A stretch of 64,000 nucleotides of DNA from Rhizobiaceae bacterium. Its GTDB lineage: Bacteria > Pseudomonadota > Alphaproteobacteria > Rhizobiales > Rhizobiaceae. Below, in pieces: positions 46,380-55,564 of this stretch. The DNA is taken from NCBI GenBank assembly GCA_040830725.1, contig JBFOMG010000004.1:7567-71566 (forward strand). The letters are read 5' to 3'. The notes below the pieces were generated by a model. The model was not told the origin of the DNA. It searched no databases and was given only the letters and a program-made list of their open reading frames with translations. Each line of letters begins with the position of its first letter. Position 1 is the stretch's first letter. Position numbers and translations under genes: made by a program.

Positions 46380-48461
46380 TTAGTCCAACGCGTCGGCAAT
46401 GCGCACAAGCGACAGGAACTCGGCGCGGTATCCATAGGGGTCCGAGCCCCGTGCCGCCTGCGCCAACTTCAAAATCTCGTCGTAACCGTAGTTCGATGTC
46501 TGATCGGTATCACGAAGCTTTTGGCCGAATGCCGCCACCGCCACCGAGAAACGCTGATCATCACTTGCTGACCCAAGGCCATCGACTTCGTTGCTTACAG
46601 TCACGGGCGTCGTGATCAGCTTGCTTGTATCCTCATCGGGCAATTTGTAGCGCAGTTTCAGGAACGCATATTCATCTTCAACGCCAACTGGCCTATCGCC
46701 GTCAAATTGCACGGGTTTTTCGCCTTGCGCGTCCTGATTGGCTGCGTAACGCAGCGCGTCGCTGGTCACTGCCGGACTTCCGATCGGTGTGATCTCATAG
46801 ATTGCAGTCACAGAGTGACCGGAGCCGATATCGCCTGCGTCGATACGATCGTTGTTGAAATCCTCACGTTTCAGCGCACGGGTTTCATAACCGATCAGCC
46901 GGTATTCAGCGACACGGGCCGGATTGAACTCAACCTGGATCTTCACATCCTTGGCAATCGGGAAAAGTGTTGATCCGGCTTCCTCGACAAGCGTTTTTTG
47001 CGCCTCGGCGACCGTGTCGATGTAGGCAGCCTGCCCGTTACCGTTTTGCGCCAATGTTTGCATCAGCTGGTCGTTGTAATTGCCGTGACCAAACCCGAAT
47101 ACTGACAGAAAGATGCCGCTTTCGCGTTTTTTCTCGATGATCCGCTTTAGCGACGCATCGTCTGATACGCCGACATTGAAATCGCCGTCTGTTGCCAACA
47201 TGACACGATTGACGCCATCCTTGACGAAGGCCTGCTCCGCCAGCCGGTATGCCTGCTCGATTCCAGCCGCACCCGCTGTTGACCCCCTAGCCCCCAATGA
47301 ATCGATCACATTGAGAATTTTCGATTTCTCGGAAGCCTTTGTCGGCTCAAGCGCGGTGCCGGCGCTACCAGCGTAGGTCACGATGGATATCGTGTCTTCC
47401 GCATCAAGCCGGTCCAAAAGCATCCTGAAAGAGGTTTTCAATAGCGGCAATTTGTCGGGCTGGTTCATTGAACCGGACGTGTCGATCAGAAAGACAAGAT
47501 TGGCTCGCGGTTTTTCCGATGGCTGAACGTCATAGCCCTTGATCGCCACATGCATCAGCTTGGTGTTCTCATTCCACGGTGACGGCATGACCGTGACCGT
47601 GGAATTAAAAGGTACGGAAATGTTCTCAGGCCCGGCCCAATTGTAAGGAAAATAGTTGATCATTTCCTCAACACGCACCGCATCGGGATTAGGCATACCG
47701 TTTCGCATCAGCGCGCTTCGCACGAACGAATAGGAAGCCGTATCCACGTCGATAGAGAAAGTTGAGACTGGATCGCGCAACGCCTGCTTGACCGGATTGG
47801 TATCAAAATTCTCAAACCGGTCCCGGTTCTGCTCTTCGACGATCACCGGCTCTGGAAGCATGATACGACCCTTTTCGGCCAGCAACTTGGGTTGAGGCGC
47901 CGCTGCCTGCAGGGTTCCGACTGCGTTCGGCCGAGCCTCATCTGCCACGACCAGATTTTCAGCCTCGCGCAGACCATCGACTGCGCGCTCCTCTTTATCA
48001 GAGTCCGCGCGCCCGGCAGTAACCGTATCGACTTCGAGCTGTTGGCGAACCCGCTTGTCGTCAGCGCTGGTTGCCTCGCCTTTCAGTTTCTCTTCCTGCG
48101 GCCTGAAATTGGCGTCCTTCTTGCCGGCAGTCTCGTTTATATCGGCCGGCTCCAGCCTGTCGCCGATCGCAAACGGGGTCTCCTGTGCCAGATACCAAGC
48201 TGCATAGCCTGCGATTGGCAGTGCCAGAATTCCGGCAATTGTCGGTGTCGCACTCAATTTTCGTTCCATCATTGCTCTCCAAAAATCTGCCGCCCGTGAA
48301 CTCAGACGATTTCCAGAAGCTGATCCTTGGGTTGAACTTGAGAATTTTTGCTCGTCGAACGCATCCATTGCCGCTGAAAGCGCGGCGGCGCGCCGTTTTG
48401 CATCCGGTTTTTCCATGGGCATCTTGCCCAGCAGTTTCAATTCACGATCATCCATGATCAT
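46380..48461 (-). CDS. membrane-anchored anti-sigma-like N-terminus fused to a periplasmic von Willebrand factor A (YfbK-type) domain
   Basis: 693 aa. One TM segment (TIAGILALPIAGYAAWYL). VWA MIDAS motif DTSGSM. ATGA overlap with the ECF sigma gene. Confidence 0.8.
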   Translation of the reverse strand: MIMDDRELKLLGKMPMEKPDAKRRAAALSAAMDAFDEQKFSSSTQGSASGNRLSSRAADFWRAMMERKLSATPTIAGILALPIAGYAAWYLAQETPFAIGDRLEPADINETAGKKDANFRPQEEKLKGEATSADDKRVRQQLEVDTVTAGRADSDKEERAVDGLREAENLVVADEARPNAVGTLQAAAPQPKLLAEKGRIMLPEPVIVEEQNRDRFENFDTNPVKQALRDPVSTFSIDVDTASYSFVRSALMRNGMPNPDAVRVEEMINYFPYNWAGPENISVPFNSTVTVMPSPWNENTKLMHVAIKGYDVQPSEKPRANLVFLIDTSGSMNQPDKLPLLKTSFRMLLDRLDAEDTISIVTYAGSAGTALEPTKASEKSKILNVIDSLGARGSTAGAAGIEQAYRLAEQAFVKDGVNRVMLATDGDFNVGVSDDASLKRIIEKKRESGIFLSVFGFGHGNYNDQLMQTLAQNGNGQAAYIDTVAEAQKTLVEEAGSTLFPIAKDVKIQVEFNPARVAEYRLIGYETRALKREDFNNDRIDAGDIGSGHSVTAIYEITPIGSPAVTSDALRYAANQDAQGEKPVQFDGDRPVGVEDEYAFLKLRYKLPDEDTSKLITTPVTVSNEVDGLGSASDDQRFSVAVAAFGQKLRDTDQTSNYGYDEILKLAQAARGSDPYGYRAEFLSLVRIADALD

Positions 48462-49048
48462 TCTTCCCTGGCCCGTTTGGCCAAATCCTTGAGCCGCTTC
48501 TTCGCTTCATGGATGTGCCAGGAGATGGTCGTCTCGGCACATCCCAACACATCGCTCGCATCTCCGTGCGACAGGCCCTCGCCATAAACCAGCAATACCG
48601 CGTCGCGCTGTTTGGCGGGCAGTTGCTGTACCAGCCGCCACAGTTCTGCAGCTCGCGCTTCTTCATCACCGGCGCCGCTATCACCGAACAGCTTGCTGTG
48701 TTCACCCCAGGCCTCTGCCTTTACGGCCTCGCGATTGCTTTTGCGCAACAAGTCCCGGGCAGCGTTAATCGTCAATGCATAGAGCCAGGTGGTAAACCGG
48801 CTTTCGCCCTTGAAATTTTGGATTGCCCTGGCGAGCCGAACACAGACTTCCTGTGTGATATCCTCGGCGTTGGCACGATCGCCACACCAGCGCAGCGCCA
48901 CCCGAAAGACAAAGTCGTAGTGCCGCTCGACAAGCATGGCAAAGGCCGCACGGTCACCCTCGACCGCACGCCCCACCAATGCACCGTCTGACGTGGCATC
49001 CAACCCGCCTTCCGGCACCTCTGCTTCGGCAAGCGTCATGACCTTCAT
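48458..49048 (-). CDS. ECF-type RNA polymerase sigma-70 family factor
   Basis: 196 aa. Region 2 (HYDFVFRVALRW...AEDITQEV) and region 4 (LPAKQRDAVLLVYGEGLSHGDASDVLGCAETTISWHIHEAKKRL). Confidence 0.9.
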   Translation of the reverse strand: MKVMTLAEAEVPEGGLDATSDGALVGRAVEGDRAAFAMLVERHYDFVFRVALRWCGDRANAEDITQEVCVRLARAIQNFKGESRFTTWLYALTINAARDLLRKSNREAVKAEAWGEHSKLFGDSGAGDEEARAAELWRLVQQLPAKQRDAVLLVYGEGLSHGDASDVLGCAETTISWHIHEAKKRLKDLAKRAREE

Positions 49049-49102
49049 CGCCCTTTCGACGAATCGAATGGGCCGATCCTTTGGTTTTTTGATGAAAATA
49101 AT

Positions 49103-49801
49103 CTAATTCGGCGTGTTATTCGCCAAAAAAGCTGCCATGTGAAAGGCTTGAACCTCGGCTGGATACCGGTAATTGGCGCCGACGGGACACGAATTTCGGG
49201 CCAGGCAGCCAGTATTTCTGCAATGGCCATCATCTGCGGTTGAAACATGACCGGCGCAGCCCGCAACATCATAACCGTTCAGGGAGATTGCGCTAACAGG
49301 GCACGTGATCAGGCACGGCTTGTCTTCGCAATCATCGCATGGGTGGCTTGATTTTGGTGGTTGCGGAAGGCCAATCACATCATCAAACAACAATGCTCCA
49401 CGGTATGCATGCCAAAGCCCAAACTCGGGGTGAATCAGAATTCCCAAAGGTGACGGTCTCAACCCCTCTGCCCGACTTGCCCATTGCTGAAATGGCAGCC
49501 ATGGTTTGTCTGATGGAAACACAGCGCGTGCGGAACAGTCAGCAGCGACCACGCAAATGACTTCTCTCGACCACGTATCCAGAGGATTTTCTGGTTTATT
49601 TTTAAATTTTTGTAGCCATTTATTAAAGTGATTCCAATTTCCTGCGCCACGTTGTCCTACCAGCAATACGGACTTGGCAGGTTCGCTACGTATACCGGCT
49701 GGCGCATCCTCATCTTTTGCAAAATCGAAACCGCCTCGCAGAACAAGACCGTTTTCTGCCAGTGCCGCTGCTATCGATTTCAAAAAACCCGGTTCAGCCA
49801 C
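49103..49801 (-). CDS. ferredoxin-like protein with a C-terminal Cys-rich (4Fe-4S-type) region
   Basis: 232 aa. CDDCEDKPCLITCPVSAI followed by CAGH..CRNTGCLARNSCP. I do not recognise the N-terminal domain. Confidence 0.55.
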   Translation of the reverse strand: MAEPGFLKSIAAALAENGLVLRGGFDFAKDEDAPAGIRSEPAKSVLLVGQRGAGNWNHFNKWLQKFKNKPENPLDTWSREVICVVAADCSARAVFPSDKPWLPFQQWASRAEGLRPSPLGILIHPEFGLWHAYRGALLFDDVIGLPQPPKSSHPCDDCEDKPCLITCPVSAISLNGYDVAGCAGHVSTADDGHCRNTGCLARNSCPVGANYRYPAEVQAFHMAAFLANNTPN

Positions 49802-49865
49802 CTTCCTGATCCGGATCCTTGAACGCGGAGCGCCAGACTTCCTTGTGTATCATGTTGGCCACTTT

Positions 49866-49885
49866 AGCCCGGCCGTCCTCGGGCT
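49866..49885. terminator. hairpin abutting the MttB stop codon (weak terminator candidate)
   Basis: AGCCCG-8 nt-CGGGCT. The T-run lies on the plus strand, not on the strand of the gene it follows, so the function is uncertain. Confidence 0.3.
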
Positions 49886-49889
49886 TTTT

Positions 49890-51455
49890 TCACGTGAAAG
49901 CGTCGGGCATCGATTCCTTTTTCTTGGCAATGAATGCCTGCAACGCTTCATCAATGCCCGCATCGAGTTCAGGGGCCTGATAGCTGCTCAACCATTGGCG
50001 CGCCAATTCATTGGCCCTTTGATTTGCGGCTTTCTCACCTTCGGCCTGCCATTGCTCAAACGAATTGTTGTCGGCAATTGTCGAACGGTAGAAGGCGGTC
50101 TGAAAGTTCGCCTGCGTATGGCTGCAGCCAAGATAGTGGCTGCCCGGGCCAACTTCGCGAATGGCATCCAGCGCCTGGTCGTTCTCGGTCAGCGAAACAC
50201 CCTCGGCGATGCGCTGTTGCATGCCCAGTTGATCGATATCCATCATGAACTTTTCGTAGGAACTGACGAGGCCGCCTTCCAGCCAACCAGCGGCGTGAAG
50301 GACAAAATTCGTCCCTGCGAGCACTGTGGAGTTGATTGTGTTGGCGCTCTCATAGGCAGCCTGTGCATCGCTCAGTTTCGAACCACACAAGGACCCACCG
50401 GTTCGAAACGGCAATCCCAGTCTGCGCGCCAATTGTGCGGCTCCATAAGACACGAGTGTTGGCTCAGGGGTGCCGAAGGTCGGCGCACCCGATTGCATGG
50501 AAATTGAAGAGGCAAAAGTGCCAAACAATACCGGTGCACCTGGCCGGACCAATTGCGTAAACGCCGCGCCTGCCAAAACTTCAGCCAGAACCTGGGTCAG
50601 CGTTCCTGCCACGGTGACCGGGCTCATGGCACCGGCGAGGATGAACGGTGCGATAATGCAGGCCTGGTTGTTGCGGGCGTAAACCTTGGCCGCTCCAACC
50701 ATTGTCTCGTCAAAAACCATTGGTGAATTTGCATTGATAAGGCTGACCAACACAGTGTTGTCGGTAACAAACTGCTCGCCGAACAGGATCTTGCACATTT
50801 CGACAGTGTCCTCGGCGCGTTCAGGCGCTGTGACCGATCCCATGAACGGCTTGTCGGAATAACGGATATGGGAATAGATCATGTCGAGGTGGCGCTTGTT
50901 GACCGGTATGTCCACCGGTTCGCACACGGTGCCGCCTGAGTGATGTATTGCCGGCGCCATATAGGCCAGTTTCACAAAGTTGCGAAAATCCTCAATGGTT
51001 GCATACCGGCGCTCACCTTCGAGATCGCGTACAAATGGCGGCCCGTAGACAGGCACGAAGACGGTCGCATTGCCGCCAATCTGCACCGATCTTTCGGGGT
51101 TGCGCGCGTGTTGCGTAAAAACCGGAGGAGCGGATTTGATCAGCGCACGACACAGGCCTTTTGGAAAATGAACTCTTTCACCCTTAACCTCGGCACCAGC
51201 GTTCCGCCAGAGTTCCAGCGCCTCGGTATCATCGCGAAATTCAACACCAATTTCTTCCAGAATCGTATCAGCGTTGGCCTCGATCAGAGCCAGACCTTCG
51301 TCATCAAGCACTTCAAACGGCTTCAATGCCCGCTTTATGTAGGTCAACTGCGTTCCCGGCCCGCCTCCGGATCGTGCGGCGCGCCGGGCGGCCGCACCGC
51401 CACCCGCACGAGCACTGCGCCTTGATCTTCCGCCGTCTGCAGAAACTTCGTTCAT
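49890..51455 (-). CDS. MttB-superfamily (trimethylamine methyltransferase family) non-pyrrolysine methyltransferase, probable quaternary amine:corrinoid methyltransferase
   Basis: 521 aa, uninterrupted frame with no in-frame TAG. Family-typical TIM-barrel segments. N-terminal Arg/Gly/Ala-rich leader GGRSRRSARAGGGAAARRAARSGGG. Confidence 0.88.
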   Translation of the reverse strand: MNEVSADGGRSRRSARAGGGAAARRAARSGGGPGTQLTYIKRALKPFEVLDDEGLALIEANADTILEEIGVEFRDDTEALELWRNAGAEVKGERVHFPKGLCRALIKSAPPVFTQHARNPERSVQIGGNATVFVPVYGPPFVRDLEGERRYATIEDFRNFVKLAYMAPAIHHSGGTVCEPVDIPVNKRHLDMIYSHIRYSDKPFMGSVTAPERAEDTVEMCKILFGEQFVTDNTVLVSLINANSPMVFDETMVGAAKVYARNNQACIIAPFILAGAMSPVTVAGTLTQVLAEVLAGAAFTQLVRPGAPVLFGTFASSISMQSGAPTFGTPEPTLVSYGAAQLARRLGLPFRTGGSLCGSKLSDAQAAYESANTINSTVLAGTNFVLHAAGWLEGGLVSSYEKFMMDIDQLGMQQRIAEGVSLTENDQALDAIREVGPGSHYLGCSHTQANFQTAFYRSTIADNNSFEQWQAEGEKAANQRANELARQWLSSYQAPELDAGIDEALQAFIAKKKESMPDAFT

Positions 51456-51756
51456 AGCAATCCCTCAGAGCCATTCTTAACGGTCCAATCGCCCGTTTTC
51501 CAGAATCGTAGTTGACGTCTCGCGTTGAACGTTTCCGCCAACGCCAAGGCGTGTCGCAAAAGCGATAAGGCAGCAAGTGCGGAACTCCAATTCGAGCTGT
51601 CCAACTACGCCATTCAGGGACAGGCAAGGCAAAGTGGCGTTATCGTCGTCGCGCACGTCGCAATCCGGCTATGCCATTGGCATCTGGAGGAAATATGGAT
51701 AGTGAAGATATCACCATTGCGCACTGCGCCGGGCGAATCTGAGGGAGCCTCCGGAA

Positions 51757-52455
51757 ATGTCTGATGACGAAATCATTCTGTCCGAACTGAGTGACGACGA
51801 GCTCGTGCCGCAGATGCACGATGATCTTTATGACGGGCTGAAGGAGGAAATCGAGGAAGGTACCCAGATTCTGCTCGATCGTGGCTGGATGCCTTATGAT
51901 GTACTGACCAAAGCTCTGGTCGAAGGTATGCGCATCGTGGGTGAGGATTTCCGTGACGGTATCCTGTTTGTGCCGGAAGTCCTGCTATCAGCCAATGCGA
52001 TGAAGGCTGGCATGGCGATTCTGCGCCCACTGCTTGCGGAGACCGGCGCCCCAAAACTCGGCAAGATGGTCATTGGTACCGTCAAGGGTGATATTCACGA
52101 TATCGGTAAAAACCTCGTCGGCATGATGATGGAGGGAGCCGGCTTTGATGTGGTCGATCTCGGCATCAACAATCCGGTCGAAAACTATCTCGAGGCCATT
52201 GAGCGCGAGGAACCCGACATTGTCGGCATGTCGGCATTGCTCACAACAACCATGCCCTACATGAAAGTGGTCATCGATACGATGGTTGAGAAGGGCATCC
52301 GTGACGACTACGTCGTGCTTGTAGGTGGCGCCCCGCTGAACGAGGAATTCGGCAAGGCTGTTGGAGCCGACGCTTACTGCCGAGACGCTGCTGTAGCGGT
52401 TGAAACCGCCAAGGAGTTCATGTCGCGCCGTCACAATCAACGCGCCACTGCGTAA
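51757..52455 (+). CDS. corrinoid (cobalamin-binding) protein, cap helical domain plus B12-binding Rossmann domain
   Basis: 232 aa. DxHxxG motif GDIHDIGKNLV, then SALLTTT and GGAPL. N-terminal 35 aa contain 14 Asp/Glu and 1 Lys. Confidence 0.9.
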   Translation: MSDDEIILSELSDDELVPQMHDDLYDGLKEEIEEGTQILLDRGWMPYDVLTKALVEGMRIVGEDFRDGILFVPEVLLSANAMKAGMAILRPLLAETGAPKLGKMVIGTVKGDIHDIGKNLVGMMMEGAGFDVVDLGINNPVENYLEAIEREEPDIVGMSALLTTTMPYMKVVIDTMVEKGIRDDYVVLVGGAPLNEEFGKAVGADAYCRDAAVAVETAKEFMSRRHNQRATA

Positions 52456-52558
52456 ACTTTTGGGCATTGGCCGAGACTCGGCCATATCGGCGAGTGTTCC
52501 CGGCTGTGCGGATCTCACAATTTGAGCAATGCAGGATGTGTATGCGGGCTACACATGC

Positions 52559-52605
52559 AAAAAAATACCGCGCCGCGATGCCGCCGCTTGGCACCGGGCG
52601 CGGTA
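52559..52605 (-). terminator. strong minus-strand intrinsic terminator with no confidently annotated gene upstream of it
   Basis: On the minus strand: TACCGCGCC...GGCGCGGTA (9 bp), extended by a 7-bp inner stem (CGGTGCC/GGCATCG with one G-U), then T7. Confidence 0.7.
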
Positions 52606-53173
52606 CACCGGGAAAGACCATGGGGCAACGGTCAAGTTGTCCGGTGTCAAACTGATCGGCCTTACGACAGGCCGTTAGTTTCGTTTCCGTCGCCAATTAT
52701 CCGTTTTGGCGATTCGACAGTGGCGGCCCCCCGCCGCTGTATTTCGTTTCGTTCCCATATATTCCTAAACCGGGCGAACCCCGCCATCATTTGACCGTCG
52801 ATGGTGATCGGCAACGAGCCTGGTCAGCATGGCCGAACCCTGTTCCGCGAAATGTTTCATCTGTGCGCGCCTGCAGCGGCGAACAGCACGACGATGTTGA
52901 ATTGCGTCTCTCCAATGGTGCGTCGAGCGCGGCTCCGTACGCTCAAAAACCGGCAGAATGTTTGGAAGTTCAATCGTGTAATCCCCAAACGTAGCCTGTA
53001 TCCCGTTCCTTCCTTGATGTAACTGGCCCATTTCATCCTCCCTGGGCAGGCGGTTGCCATCGCCTGAATTCATCACTACATGCATCCAACTGCTGCGTAC
53101 GTGAATTAAATCACACAACGTCGTGAATTCTCCGTGATATTTCACCGGTCGGCCACTGCCCAGGAGTTGGAAA

Positions 53174-53815
53174 TTGGACATTTCGACCCGAAAGAAGAGG
53201 CAAAACGGCGAAATCCGGACCCAAAAGGTCCGAATAATTGCCTGTGGAATGATCGCTCGTGAAGTTCTTGCAGTTAAAGAACGTCACGGACTGGAAAACC
53301 TGGATCTGGTGTGTTTACCGGCGCAATTTCACTATTACCCGGATCGTATCGCCCCGGCGATGGAAGAAGCGATTCAGCAGGCAAAAGAGGAAGGCGTTGA
53401 GCACATACTCGCCGGATATGCAGATTGTGGAACCGGCGGGCATCTTGATCTTGTCTGTGAAAAATACGGCATAGACCGAATCGACGGTCCTCATTGTTTT
53501 GCGTTCTATCAAGGCATGAAGTCCTACGAACAGGTTGCTGACGAGGACATGACGGCGTTCTACATGACTGATTTTTTGTGCCGGCAGTTTGACGCTTTTT
53601 TCATGAAACCGCTTGGCCTTGATAAGCACCCTGAACTGGCGAGCGACTATTTCGGCCACTATGAGAAACTGGTGTATCTTGCTCAGACGGATGACCCGTC
53701 TCTCGACCAGGTGGCTGAAGACGCGGCCAGAATGTTGGGACTTCGATACGAGCGTCGATATACGGGATATGGCGATTTGACGACATCACTGTTGGCCGCC
53801 ACCGCGACGCCATGA
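53174..53815 (+). CDS. DUF1638 domain protein
   Basis: 213 aa. VRIIACGMIAREV N-terminus and GYADCGTGG motif as I remember for DUF1638. TTG start 7 nt after AGGAG. Confidence 0.75.
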   Translation: MDISTRKKRQNGEIRTQKVRIIACGMIAREVLAVKERHGLENLDLVCLPAQFHYYPDRIAPAMEEAIQQAKEEGVEHILAGYADCGTGGHLDLVCEKYGIDRIDGPHCFAFYQGMKSYEQVADEDMTAFYMTDFLCRQFDAFFMKPLGLDKHPELASDYFGHYEKLVYLAQTDDPSLDQVAEDAARMLGLRYERRYTGYGDLTTSLLAATATP

Positions 53816-53915
53816 ATGTGTTATAGTGTGTGCGCCAGTTAACAGCAGATTTACGGGCGCGATGTAATCTTGTGCAGGGTATTTACCCACGCATGCGCGC
53901 CGAGGCATATGGACC

Positions 53916-54551
53916 ATGGACGACCTGACTGCTGACAGTGCCTTAAGAGCCAGCCCTGCGCCCCGGCGCCTGTCGGTGATAATCTCCCAACTGGCACAAA
54001 ATGCGACCGGTCCCGTGTCCATCGAGCAGATTCGCGATGCTTTGGGCGACCGGTCTTTTGCGGCAATGCTGGCGTTTTTCGCTGTATTGAACCTTGTGCC
54101 CTTCCCTCCAGGTACGACGTTAATCCTGGGACCGCCCCTGGTCATTGTCGCGGTCCAGATGGCGCTCGGCCACCATCGAGTGTGGTTGCCGAAATTTGTG
54201 CTTCGAAAATCCGTCAGCCGTGAGCGCTTCGTAGCCATGACTGAGCGGCACCTTCCAAGACTGCTGCGTTTGGAGACTTTGATTCGGCCGCGGCATTGGC
54301 CCTTTACCGACAGTGGTTTGGCTGATCGAATCATTGGATGGTTTGCGCTTGTTCTCTCCATTGCGGTCACCATCCCAATCCCCCTCGGCAACTGGCTGCC
54401 TGCACTCGGTATCCTGTTGATTGCATTCGCACTTTCCGAGCGTGACGGAATCCTTTTCTATGCTGGGGTGTTCGTGGGCACGTTGGCACTTGTTGTCATC
54501 GCTGCGGTGATTGGTGCTGCTGGAGCAGCCGCAGGCATTCTGTTTGGCTGA
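53916..54551 (+). CDS. ExoD-family membrane protein
   Basis: 211 aa. LGDRSFAAMLAFFAVLNLVPFPPG and TM-rich C-terminus are typical of ExoD. Confidence 0.8.
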   Translation: MDDLTADSALRASPAPRRLSVIISQLAQNATGPVSIEQIRDALGDRSFAAMLAFFAVLNLVPFPPGTTLILGPPLVIVAVQMALGHHRVWLPKFVLRKSVSRERFVAMTERHLPRLLRLETLIRPRHWPFTDSGLADRIIGWFALVLSIAVTIPIPLGNWLPALGILLIAFALSERDGILFYAGVFVGTLALVVIAAVIGAAGAAAGILFG

Positions 54552-54684
54552 AACCCGGTTTTCCCAGTTCATACGCCCGCGTCGTTTTTGAATTTGCCGG
54601 TGTCGTCCTGTAAACAGCGGCAAAGCGGCCCTTCCGGCAATTGTCCGCGCAACTATCAGGCCGCTGTTTTGTTGGGAACTGACC

Positions 54685-54987
54685 ATGGCTGATCTCACCA
54701 TCGTCTATTGGCGCGATATTCCCGCGCAGGTCATTGTCAAGAAGGGTCGCGCAAATGCCAAGCGCGAACTTCCGCTTCGATTCACAGAAGCAATTGATAT
54801 GTGTGCCATGCGTTCCGGTGCTGACGATACCGATGCCTATCTCGCCGAATGGCGCCGGGGAGAACCTGTTTCAGTTGGAGATGACCTCGAGATCGAAGCT
54901 GACAAGGCGATGAACGAAATCGATTCCGCCTATCCCAAGGATCGGCTGGTGGCGTTGGTCAATGCCGGTGGTATCGACAATGGCTAA
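54685..54987 (+). CDS. small conserved protein of the family usually annotated 'virulence factor' domain, found next to MTHFR_C genes
   Basis: 100 aa. MADLTIVYWRDIPAQVIVKKGR. Overlaps the next gene by 8 nt (ATGGCTAA). Confidence 0.55.
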   Translation: MADLTIVYWRDIPAQVIVKKGRANAKRELPLRFTEAIDMCAMRSGADDTDAYLAEWRRGEPVSVGDDLEIEADKAMNEIDSAYPKDRLVALVNAGGIDNG

Positions 54988-55564
54988 AAATACACCAATC
55001 GTCACTCAGGCAACCAAGGTGCGTAAAGCCGCGCCAAAGCTTGCGTATAAACCGGCGCATGTCAGTCCGACTCAACGGTTGCGCAAGGGATATACAATCA
55101 GGCTTTGGTCGGTACGGCATTCCCGCAGCCTGGAGTGGCTCTATGAGCAGTTCGCCAATATCTTTTTGATGCTGCACCCATTCTGGAAGGCGGTCGGCTA
55201 CCATCGCGCCGAAAAGCCGGTGACGTTTGTGGAAAGGCGTGTCAAGGGCCTATTGTTCGACTGCCGCATGTGTGGACAGTGCATCTTGTCGTCGACGGGC
55301 ATGTCTTGTCCCATGAATTGCCCAAAACAGCTTCGCAACGGCCCATGCGGTGGCGTTCGTGCTGACGGCAATTGCGAAGTCGAGCCTGACATGCCTTGTG
55401 TTTGGGTTCAGGCGTGGGAAGGCGCTGAGCGCATGCGGGAAGGTGAGCAGAACCTCGCAGCAGTGCAAAAGCCGGTCGACCAATCTTTGCGGGAAACCTC
55501 TTCCTGGTTGCGGGTAACGGCATCTGCAGCGGCTGAACGAGCCGCCAAGAATGGTGGCAAGTAA
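54980..55564 (+). CDS. methylenetetrahydrofolate reductase C-terminal-domain protein (MetV-like, Cys-rich)
   Basis: CRMCGQCILSSTGMSCPMNCPKQLRNGPCGG motif. ATG at 54980 preferred over track start 54962. Confidence 0.8.
   Translation: MAKNTPIVTQATKVRKAAPKLAYKPAHVSPTQRLRKGYTIRLWSVRHSRSLEWLYEQFANIFLMLHPFWKAVGYHRAEKPVTFVERRVKGLLFDCRMCGQCILSSTGMSCPMNCPKQLRNGPCGGVRADGNCEVEPDMPCVWVQAWEGAERMREGEQNLAAVQKPVDQSLRETSSWLRVTASAAAERAAKNGGK

Noticed and set aside
49890-51455. Possible pyrrolysine (in-frame TAG) in the MttB-family gene.
   Set aside because: The 521-codon frame has no internal stop. It is a non-Pyl member, and no pyl genes are in the window.
51456-51756. Cobalamin riboswitch in the divergent MttB/corrinoid-protein intergenic region. 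The interval 52606-52760 on the minus strand, which contains GCCACTG and GGGAA, was also considered.
   Set aside because: Only isolated short matches are present. The ordered core elements (GGGAA, GGTG..AA..CC, CCCGCAAC.GTA, B12 box) are not. The case remains open until an Rfam scan is run.
52765-53181. The 138-aa minus-strand ORF as a confident gene.
   Set aside because: The first ATG has no RBS, the start overlaps the DUF1638 start, and I recognise no family. It is discussed only as a possibility within the finding on the 52.5-53.2 kb gap.
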